Source: Octopus sinensis
Taxonomy: Eukaryota
Length of the DNA: 64,000 bases
Reading direction: 5' to 3'
NCBI RefSeq assembly: GCF_006345805.1
Contig: NC_043002.1
Span: forward strand, 42,222,001-42,286,000
Below are positions 53,123-64,000 of this stretch, piece after piece. The notes below the pieces were generated by a model. It saw nothing but the letters and a program-made list of their open reading frames with translations, ran no database searches and was not told the origin of the DNA. The position numbers and the translations under genes are program-made. How positions within the stretch are numbered: position 1 is the first letter of the stretch; every line of letters starts with the position of its first letter.

Positions 53123-53789
53123 ATATAAATATATGAATGAAGTGTTTGAAGAAAGTGCAATAATAACGTTCACACTCACTGATGGTCGATTTCATTTTGC
53201 CGATTTCATATTACAATTTCCTAAATGTTTCGCTCTCAGTAACTGCCTTTAGCTTACGGAGTTCTTGTTATTATAACTATAAAAAAAAACAGCCAAACGG
53301 ATATACATATTGATGAGAACAAATGATTTCGCTGGAGGTCTGTTATCGCCATTCCAGCCCCTGGTGGCCTAGAAGAGGTTAGACAGGTCAAACGACAAAG
53401 ACATTATTCTGCTTAGCGAGGGCATCTGGGAAATGTATAACTGTTATCATTCACATAAAAACCATTGTCTTACCGTGAGAAAAGCGCTCTTGAAGTGTTA
53501 AGTGAAATTTCGCAATCGAGGATCGAATCTATGCTATGCCTGCATGAAGCCAGTACTAATATGTTGGGGAATAAAAAAATTTATCTACTGTCATGGAAGA
53601 AGCGTTACTGTAAAAATGCAGAATTTTATCAGAGTAATGGACATTCAAAAAAGTATGTATGAATAGAAATGTACTAATGAAGACTTTAAGGTTTTAGATT
53701 CAAACTAAAGAAGTGCAATAATAATGTTTAGCAGTTCACGGCTGATGGTGAGAATCAAATATTGATTGCTTCGCTAAAAACTGCAGGTG

Positions 53790-54210
53790 GTATGGATTAT
53801 TTCCCATTGGTTGTTTAAATAGAATATTAGTAATATGTAGTAGATAGAAGGATCCATTAGCGGAGCCCTATTATCGATTTTTTTTCAACAATCTAAGTAT
53901 GTCACGAGGTTTCCAGACATGAGTTCTACTCACGTGTCAAATAAAGTAATATTGTCTGCAAAAATCAGAAATTGGACTCACAAAAAATCAATATTCTAAG
54001 TAATCGAACATAAACAATGCAATGAGTTATTTCCATTCAGTGTTTAAAACAAATGTTGTGCAGTTGCCATGGGTTATTTCCCTTGGGTGTTTAAAAAAAT
54101 AGTTATATGAGGTAGATATAAAGGTCCCTTCCAGAGGACGTATTATCAATTTCTTCAGCAATCTCAGTATGTCACGAGGTTTTCAGACATGAGTTCTACT
54201 CACGTGTCAA
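53790..54210. repeat. Local direct duplication (53790-53940 and 54068-54210)
   Basis: Shared AGTATGTCACGAGGTTT.CAGACATGAGTTCTACTCACGTGTCAA. Confidence 0.85.
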
Positions 54211-54357
54211 GTTTCATCAAAATGAATAAAACAATGTAGGGGGAGTTAGCTAACAATGCCACAAACAAACACACACCGATTTTCCAAGTGTAGTATATAT
54301 ATGGGAGAGAGAGAGAGAGATACAGACAGACAGATATACAAATTGACAGGAGATAGA

Positions 54358-54433
<76 letters not shown>

Positions 54434-54689
54434 TAGGTATGTCAGTGCGTATGTGTTTATTCATAAGGGCACCATCGTTACATACAATCCACCCCTCTCC
54501 TATGTCTAAACACACGACAATTTCTTAACGAAAATAAGAGAGAAGAACAAGAGTCGACTTTATTAAAAGATTGATACTTTATTTATCGACACCATAAGGA
54601 TGCAAAGTATAAAGTTAACATCGATAGAATTTGAACTTAAAGCACAGACAATGGGAGGGAATCCGATCCTTTGCTGACATTATCAATTT

Positions 54690-54708
54690 ACCTCCAGAAA
54701 CAACAGCT

Positions 54709-54772
<64 letters not shown>

Positions 54773-54938
54773 AAGCACGCACGCACATGTAGGTGAACGT
54801 GTAAATATTTGAACACATACACAGACATATATTTGCATGTATTTATATGCATAGACACACACATATATAAATATATAGACATATTTGTATGTATGCATGG
54901 CTGGATGGCTAAATGTATGTTTATACAGAAATACATAC

Positions 54939-55007
<69 letters not shown>

Positions 55008-55009
55008 TA

Positions 55010-55045
<36 letters not shown>

Positions 55046-55324
55046 TGTATGTATGTATGTATGTATAGGGAGAGCTTACGAAAAAAACAAAAGACGAGAG
55101 ACAGGTGGTGTACAAAACGCTCAGGAATAGAAAAAATCTTTTACGTTTCGAGCCTACGCTCTTCTACAGAAAGGGATACAGAAAAAACAAGGAGAGACAA
55201 AAGAAAGTGTATAGTGGCTAACGATCTATGATGGCGACTCATATATATATATATATTGTCCTTGTCTGTCCATTCTGTGTTTAGCTCCTTGTGGGTAGTA
55301 AAGAAATATATATATATATATATG

Positions 55325-55403
<79 letters not shown>

Positions 55404-55455
55404 CATACACATATATATACATATCATACACATATATATACATACACATATATAT

Positions 55456-55513
<58 letters not shown>

Positions 55514-55674
55514 TATATATATATACATATAATATATATATACATACATACAGATACACATGAGTAAGCACATAAATGCAAAACGAGGTGGGAAAAGTAG
55601 TACTCGAATACCAGAGGTAGAGTAATATGCTTTTTATTGAAGCTGCAAAAATGTTCATACACACACGCACATAC

Positions 55675-55750
<76 letters not shown>

Positions 55751-55777
55751 TATATCATGCGCGCACCACACACAATA

Positions 55778-55843
<66 letters not shown>

Positions 55844-55951
55844 TATATATATATATATACATACATACACACTTATACATATGTACTTAGTTACTCATAT
55901 CTCACATACTAACATTACATGTATACGTCACATACATACGTGCGTGAGTGT

Positions 55952-56032
<81 letters not shown>

Positions 56033-56268
56033 CTATTACAATGTGGAAGAGCCATATTAGACATTTAAGAGCACATAAAGGCTAGACGAGAAAGAAAGAA
56101 ACAGATGGATAGAGAAGAGAGGATTGTTTAATGTGTTTGTGCATGATGGCCTTGTATATATGAGATACGCGTAAATCATGCGCGCGCGCTCCAGACACGC
56201 ACACATACATAAGTGTGGTATGATTTATACACGTATCATATTCGGAAACACGATAAATATATCGGGCG

Positions 56269-56301
<33 letters not shown>

Positions 56302-56337
56302 AGTTTATGTATATATGTATACACATACACACACACA

Positions 56338-56393
<56 letters not shown>

Positions 56394-56538
56394 TAAATAC
56401 ATACACATACATGTATATAATGTATATATACATACATATATACACACGTAATATTGTTTGCGTGTTTATACACACATGCATATATATATATATATATATA
56501 TACACATACATACGTGTTTGTGTTTTGTGAGTGTGTGA

Positions 56539-56602
<64 letters not shown>

Positions 56603-56670
56603 TATATATATATAGATGTGCATGCTGACACAAACGCACATATATATACCTATACACATACACATACGAG
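54690..56670. repeat. Long compound (TA)/(CA)/(TG)/(TATG) tract with short inserts
   Basis: Direct repeats. Confidence 0.95.
55138..55173 (-). ncRNA. Minimal type I hammerhead-like motif with a variant core
   Basis: CUUU CUGUAGA A GAGC GUAG GCUC GAA ACGU A / AAAG. Confidence 0.5.
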
Positions 56671-57049
56671 AGAAAGAGAAAGAGATGGACAGAGTGACAA
56701 GCGGGCCATGTCTTCCAGACAAGTGGTATAACGTGTGATCTCGAAACAGAGAGTAAGTCAGCAATTAACACTTTTCTCAGTACACGCTACGAAAGCAATT
56801 TGCTAAAGGTTAATGTCCCATTTTAATACATTTTTTTAATACTTGAAGATTGGGCAAAATTGCTCAAAGCTGGTCATAAATGATAATAAACCAAAAACAA
56901 AATATCATATCATTAGTAGAATTATCCTCGAAATATATGCACACAACAGTTATTACTTCTAGATTCAGCTGTAGGATCGCTCATAGGAGATTATCAAAAT
57001 GAAATTCAAAATGGAAGAAATATCGTGAAAGAAGTAAAAAGAACTTCCC

Positions 57050-57212
57050 TCCATCAATCTGACATTGTACAGGTGCACGGTGTGCCGCACGTCAGATGCT
57101 GAAAAGACCGCTGAGCAATGTAAAATGAAGTGTTTTGCTCAGGAACATAATGCATCCCTCAGTCTGGAAATCGAAACCACTACCTTACGATTGTGAGCGC
57201 AACACACTAACC
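57050..57212 (-). mobile_element. SINE-C-related fragment truncated by the hAT end
   Basis: AAGTGTTTTGCTCAGGAACATAATGC...GAAATCGAAACC...CTAACC abuts CAGTGGTTCCCAAA. Confidence 0.75.
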
Positions 57213-58690
57213 CAGTGGTTCCCAAATTCTTTTTACTCACAGCGCATCTTACAAGAAGTCAAAATATTTCGGCGCACTTTGTCAAATGTTCAAATACAAT
57301 AGGAGACATTTTTTATGCAGCTTTTACGTATTAAGGGAAGCATTTCGAAGTTACCACCTTCAGCTCCATTTTCCCAAATTACAACTTCCTTTTTAAATGA
57401 AACTAGCTTATCTATCGAAATGAGAATGTTTTCATCTCTACCTCGCATACTTGTGTTGACGCTATTAAGTTGTGAAAATATCTCTGCTAAATATTCCAGC
57501 TTGGAAACCCAACATTTACATTGTAGATATTCCAAGAGGCGTTCTTGTTTTTCTTCTTTAAAAAAGCATGCAATTCATTCTGAAGTTCAAGCATGCGATG
57601 TAGCATCATACCTTTTGAGAGTCATCTGACTTTTGTGTGTAAAAGTAAGCGCTTGTAATAGGAATCCATACCAACAGAAATTTGTTCAAATAAGCAACAC
57701 TTCAACGGCCTACTTTTATTATAATTAACCATTTCAACAACTTAGTTTATTACTTGTTTTAACTCAACTGGTAGTTTTTGAAACTAGTACCTCTCTGCGT
57801 AGGAAGCAATGACTACGTATAACATTAACATGTTGCTGTTGTATGAGCGATACAAAACCTTTAATAGAGCCTATCATAGATGGTGCCCCATTGGTACATA
57901 TTCCAACACATGAATTCCAAGAGAAATTCCATTTTACGAGGTATGCAGATAAAATGTTAAAAATATCTTTACCTCTTGTAGTGAGTGGCATTTCTTCGCA
58001 ACAAAAGAACTAATTTATGATTTGGTTACCATCAATAAAGCGAATAAATGTAAGTAATTGTGCTTTGTTGCTAATGTCAGTTGATTAACCAACCTGTAGA
58101 GCAAATTCTGAGTTTTGAAATTTGTTCTGTATATTTTCTTCTATATCAGCAGATAAATCCAAAATCCTCCTATGGATTGTATTATTTGAGAGCGGAATCT
58201 TGCTTATTTCTTACTCGGCTTCATCACCTAACATGGTTTTAGCCATCTTTCTACAAGCGAGTAAGATAATCGACTCGGTTAAAGTATGCAATTTCGTTTG
58301 TTGTGCAATCATTTCGGCTATTTCAATAGACGCAACTCGAGCCTTTTCAGAAGCATTCATCCTTTTCTCAAAATAGTTTCTAGCAGTCTTTGGAAATAAT
58401 TCAGATCTTTACATTGAAGATATGGGTGTTTAGCTGTAAAATGTCTTTTCAACTCGCTAGGCAACATGCCTTCGTTAGACATCTTTTCACCACAAACAAC
58501 ACACAGCGGAAGAGGTTGATACTCATTGTCAGTTCAATGAAACTCAAACTTTAAATAGTTATAGCGATATATAAGATTAGGTCGAGCTTTTGCATTATTA
58601 TAACTTCGCTGAGTTGCTTTTGACGAACGTTCATTTTCAGATTCATAATCGTCACGGTTATGGTTTCTCATAATAAATTTTTCTATTTTA
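57213..58690 (-). mobile_element. hAT transposon remnant (Buster/Charlie, ZBED8/SCAND3-like transposase pseudogene)
   Basis: Zinc-finger-like PLCVVCGEKMSNEGMLPSELKRHF; IPLSNNTIHRRI; STDI; CTNGAPSMIG; HCFLRRE; KLEYLAEIFSQLN. One TIR CAGTGGTTCCCAAA at 57213; other end not found. Confidence 0.9.
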
Positions 58691-59109
58691 TGGCTAATTT
58701 AGTCTGTTGAAATGAACTGACTAGCACAAAGAGTACAGATTACTAACAGATTGAAACTGAGACTGAGACAAGTGACCAATGAGCTGTGAAAAGTGGCAGC
58801 GTGTCACATGTTATCGGACTCTCTTGAGAAGTATTTCAAAATTAATTGAAAAGATGTAAATTCTCGCCACTATATGAATTAAAAAAAATTGAAATACAAC
58901 CGCAATACGTGAGGACGTATTAAAAGATTTAGTTCAACATCGTATATTCTAGTTCAATAGTTTATTTTTCACACTTATGATTGAAATGAAAACTGAAATA
59001 TAGTCGGCACTGCGTATATCCATAATGCGTCAATTTCGAGGATAGATTGATGCTAATTTAGTTCTTATCCTATGAGATTTCAGATTCAAAATTGAATAAC
59101 ACTGTCAAA

Positions 59110-59213
59110 GGCGCAGGAGTGGCTGTGTGGTAAGTAGCTTGCTTACCAACCACATGGTTCCAGGTTCATTCCTACTGCGTGGCACCTTGGGCAAGTGGCT
59201 TCTACTATAGCCT
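59110..59213 (+). mobile_element. SINE-A head, interrupted
   Basis: GGCGCAGGAGTGGCTGTGTGGTAAG...CTATAGCCT, then unrelated sequence. Confidence 0.9.
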
Positions 59214-59376
59214 CCTCCAGTTCCCTCTTCAAGATGAGAAGGATGGCTTCCCTTCGCGATAGGGAACAGAAAGTGTGTCAATAGCCAGTTGGAGGAGGGG
59301 TCCTCCTGGGGCTGCAAGCTACAGTAGCATCCACCCTTAAGGGTTAGCCACATTTAAGTGACATATATACTTCACG

Positions 59377-59410
<34 letters not shown>

Positions 59411-59425
59411 TATATAATATATATA

Positions 59426-59477
<52 letters not shown>

Positions 59478-61272
59478 TCATAGCACGCATAAAATTCTGA
59501 AGCAAATATCACAACAAAATGCAAAGCGGTAGCTATACAGCCCCAGGACTGTGTATCTGGTCAGTCAAATCGGTTAACTAATTAGATCATCGCCAGTTCT
59601 ATTCTAATCACTAGTGGTGAGAAATTTGTCTGCCATCCTACAGTGATTGACATATACGTGTAATCCAAGTTGGTATGTTTACTTTACCTACACACGACCA
59701 AATCTTAGTAACGAAGCCTCAATCAAATGCAGTCCGGAAGTAAAATCTACACTATCGTGGTAATGATTCCCAAAGGTTTCGTGCCGTCACCACCACCCAT
59801 AAAAAAATAAAAAGAAGAAAAGAAAACAGAAGTGTGAGCTGAATATAGGTTGTAAAGGAGAAAAAGAAAAGCGTTCAACATTTCAGCAATCCACATTATG
59901 AACCTTTCGTCTAGAAAAACTAAAACAGAGAAGAGGAAAAGGAGAGATGAATGAAATGGCTTCTACAGAAGCCGCCACATGTCGAAAAATGGCCGACGGA
60001 AGGAATTAAAATTTCAAGACGGTTTACTTATGATTGTAACTATCACACAAACACATTCTCTTGTTCACATACACACACAACCTACGATATCGAGAAGAAA
60101 TTACCAACTGGTTGACTCTAAGTGGGGTGAGAATACCTGTAATTCATTCCAGAGAGCAAAGATGCCTTTGTGCTAAAAAGAAGTAAAAGAAAAAAAAGGC
60201 TTGCAAGTTCATTACCCTTCCTAGTATATAGACATGCATTTTGGCTCTTCGCCAAAGGGATCTTTTCCAACTTTGCCGAATCTTAAACTTGCTAATCATT
60301 ACCCACCTATTTTCCCTCTATAAGCAGGCATGTGTATCACACACCCACACACACATCACTACACTAGCTCTTGGGTCAACGAGAGAGCCTCTATACAGTC
60401 GCTCGACCTGTGAGAACTATCTGCTAAATCACCTACAAATCCTATTCTACCGTCATAAGTAAGGAAAAAGACATCACACGATAACGTAGTTCTAAATATT
60501 TCTAAGGGAACAGGATGGTCGCTACTAGAATGCAGTTGTTCATAAGTCTATTCGGTCAGGGATGATCTAGAGCAAAACAACATACACACATACATATATA
60601 CACATATATGTATATGTATGTGTGAGTGTATGTATATCCGTATGTATGATATATATGCATGTTAAAAACATAGGTGTACATAAATGTGTGTATGTGTTTT
60701 CGTAAATGTGTTTATTTATGTGTGTGCCTCCATTTTCTAATGTAGTGCGACCGTTTTACCCTATGTTCACTGAATTTATTAAGGACGTTACCTGAACATT
60801 CTAACATGTTCCATAACTCACTCCAGCAAATTCCACATCCATACCTATCGTTAGAAAAGGTCAATCTTTGTTTGATTATATTTCAGGTAATTTGAATTCA
60901 TTTTTTTATCTTTCAGTTCCCAATTTTCTTCCGTGAGCGGCGTCACCTTAGCCTTATCACGTTTATTGAAAATATGATGATGATTATATAATATTTCCTT
61001 AAATCGCGCTGTTGAACCGATATAGGTAAATGTGGTTAGATTAGTTTGGACATCGCATCTATAGGTACTATTTTTAGTGGGGCATAACTTATTAAGAGAG
61101 CATAGAAGTCTATTTCTAAAATTTCACAATTAAGGAGATTCATAAACATTAATATTTCCTGTGCTGTTAGTAGGAATATTAATCTGTTTTTCATGTGGTT
61201 TGTAGAGAGTAATAATTATTTTAGACCTATTAAATTCAATCGCATTATCCAGTGTTAAGTAAGAGCTAACGG

Positions 61273-61470
61273 GGTTCGCCGGGCGAAATGCTTAGCGGTA
61301 CTTCGTATGTCTTTATGTTCTGAGTTCAAATTCCGCCGAGGTCAACTTTGCCTTTCATCCTTTCGTGGTCGATAAATTAAGTACTAGTTGCGTACTGGGG
61401 TCGATTTAATCGACTAGCCACCCACCCCCACCCCCGCCCAAAAAATTTCGGGCCCTGTGCCTAGAATACA
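61273..61470 (+). mobile_element. SINE-B (tail 2), 5' truncated
   Basis: Core and tail ATTTCGGGCCCTGTGCCTAGAAT. Confidence 0.9.
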
Positions 61471-61500
61471 AAATAATATTTGTAATATTACTGCCATTGC

Positions 61501-61590
61501 AATTATACCTGATGATGGTGGATATTATATTATGATCTATTCTTTCATGAATGAATTAATAATCTTCAACAGAAACAGCTGTCGTAAATT
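61501..61590 (+). ncRNA. Type I hammerhead ribozyme motif, canonical core, long stem II
   Basis: AAUUAUAC CUGAUGA UGGUGGAUAUUAU...AUAAUCUUCAACA GAAA CAGCUG UC / GUAAAUU. Confidence 0.7.
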
Positions 61591-61688
61591 TTAAACACCA
61601 TCTATTTTTATACATGTATTTATGTATGCATGTATGTATGTATGTATGTATGTAAGTATGTATGTATGTATATATATGCATATATATA

Positions 61689-61784
<96 letters not shown>

Positions 61785-63156
61785 GATGGCCTGCTCGCTT
61801 AGCCAGCGGGGTGGCGTCATTTGAAGGCTAAAGCAATGCGAAGCACATTGTGACCAGTGATGTGTAGCAACATCTGATAGCCTGGTCCGTCACGGTGATC
61901 ACGGTGATATATATATACGTACATTTATATATATATCTATATATATAGGAAAATAAGAAGGTAGAAAATGCCAAAATATTTTTAGAGCCGGTTTCCGTCT
62001 TTAAGACTTTTTCAACTAAGAGTAAAATAAGAAAAACAATTAAATTGGAATAGATCTTTGAATAGGTAAATATTTTCATAGTCTGTCTGTCTCTCCCTCT
62101 CTATTCCTTTGTGGAAAAATGCCTCTGTGTGTGTGTGTATGTGCGTGTAACATGTATATGAGACTAAAACACCCCGCAGACTGCAATGGTCAATAAAATG
62201 GAAATAAAATTTTTTAAACTGTTCTTTCTCTGTGGCCTCCAACCAAATGATCGCAGCCCCGTGGTTGGGGAAGCCTGGTTTATGGAATTTAATAAGGAAT
62301 CTGAGGAAAGTTCAAATGATCTGTGCTTGTAATAATTAGTCCTTGGAAAATAAGTTCAGCTTCGGTAAGGAGAGAAGAATCTAACATTTTAAAGGGTCCT
62401 TACATTTAGTCTAAGATTGAAGACAATATTAACAGAGGTGTTGTTTGAATGAAAGCCGATAATCTTTTAATCACACTTCTCTCTTGAAAATGTCTTCTGC
62501 CTCGTCAAAAGAAATTCATCGACGTGAATGAAATGAAAATTGTATGAGAAAAAGTCAAGGAAGAAGGAAGAATGAAAGAGAGTGAGAGAGAGAGTAAGTG
62601 AGTGAGTGAGTAAGTGAGTGATGAGGGAGAGAACAGAAGAAAAGAGAAGCGGGTAGACAAACAAAATATTAGGTTATTAGTGCAGCGCAAAAGACGTAAA
62701 AGCTACTTTTTCGCTGAATGATAACGACCTTGAAAGAAGGAAACAGAAAGAAAAAAATAATAAGTTACGTGTGGTATTTAATTGGTTGCAGGGTGGGGTT
62801 AAAGGGGGTGGAAAAACTTATAAATAGTCTAACAGAAAACAGATGAGATATGAAGTAAAAATAGACAGAATGTTTAATTGTTAGCAGAGGTAGCCATTGA
62901 TGTTACAGATGTTTTATATCGTTGGGGACAGATGACGGCTTGTTAAACTAACGTTGTCATGAGATTTTAAACACAAAGTGGCCAAATCTAAAACCACACA
63001 CAAAAAGAAAAAATATAATAAAAGAATACTTTATTCAGGATTAAATTATAAATAAATCTGAGTGAATGCCTTGACACTCCCTACCTCTACACACATTTGA
63101 GGTTTAAGTATGTGTGTGTAAGTATATATCTACACATAAATATAAATACACACAAA

Positions 63157-63228
<72 letters not shown>

Positions 63229-63660
63229 CACTAACACACTTATGGGGATTCAAACAAGAAAAGTTGTTATGTCAAAGAGTGTACTTATTCCAGAATTGTC
63301 ATCAACACCGAAGTTATTGTCCGTCCGTTCGGGTAACAAAGCAAGAACTCGAAGTAGCAAAGAGTGAATGATGGGTTCTTGAACAAATGAATAAACTACT
63401 GTATAACACTCTTTCATTTAAACACCATCGTCTCACACACACACACATGATTAATAAAAAAAACGGAGAAAAAAGACAAGAAGGAAAGAAAGAGTGGTTG
63501 TTTTACGTTTCTTCGGAAACAGGAGACATAACAAAGTCCAAAAGAAAAGGAAGGAGAAATATATATATATCTTACTCTTACTTGTTACTCTTACTTATAT
63601 ATATATATATATATATATGTACATATATATATTTATATATTTATATATTTATATATATAT

Positions 63661-63699
<39 letters not shown>

Positions 63700-63706
63700 T
63701 ACTCTC

Positions 63707-63905
63707 TTACTTGTTTCAGTCATTTGACTGTGGCCATGCTGGAGCACCGCCTTTAGTCGAACAAATCGACCCCAGGACTTATTCTTTGTAAGCCTAGCAC
63801 TTATTCTATCGGTCCCTTTCGCCGAACCGCTAAGTTACGGGGACGTAAACACACCACCATCGGCTGTCAAGCGATGGTGGGGGGACAAACACAGACACAC
63901 AAACA
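63707..63905 (-). mobile_element. SINE-A 3' half, young, followed by (CATA)n
   Basis: TTACTTGTTTCAGTCATTTGACTGTGGCCATGCTGGAGCACCGCC...GGACAAACACAGACAC. Confidence 0.94.
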
Positions 63906-63937
63906 TACATACATCATACATACATACATACATACAC

Positions 63938-63970
<33 letters not shown>

Positions 63971-64000
63971 CATACATACATACATACATACATACTTACA

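Noticed and set aside
53355-53372. CTCF-like motif (CCACCAGGGGCTGG on the minus strand)
   Set aside because: A single imperfect match is not significant in 64 kb.
59940-60462. Possible gene start or exon (MASTEAATCRKMADGRN*; ...FYRH/GTAAGG)
   Set aside because: Short frames with no recognisable protein similarity.

Overview
AT-rich eukaryotic non-coding window made almost entirely of compound microsatellites and transposable elements. I recognise no intact host gene; nearly all ORFs in the track are translated microsatellites or SINEs. The SINE families and extreme microsatellite load suggest an octopus-type cephalopod genome (inference from recalled consensus sequences, not a search). Recognisable content: three tRNA-derived SINE families (about 45 copies or fragments, called A, B and C here); a cluster of R4/Dong-type non-LTR retrotransposon remnants (48.7-52.6 kb); a Penelope-like element with a GIY-YIG endonuclease remnant and terminal repeats (8.7-11.6 kb); a LINE ORF1 remnant (19.8-20.4 kb); a decayed hAT (Buster/ZBED8-like) transposase (57.2-58.7 kb); and several MITE/foldback elements. 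The most notable unannotated signal is a set of type I hammerhead ribozyme motifs: two with canonical cores (387-433 minus, 61501-61590 plus), one variant-core family in two copies, and several fossils. Other notable signals are SINE-B concatemers joined at one fixed nucleotide, a foldback element with a tRNA-like Pol III promoter in its loop, and templated inverted insertions. All RNA folds were made by eye and are untested; SINE boundaries are approximate (about +/-10 bp).
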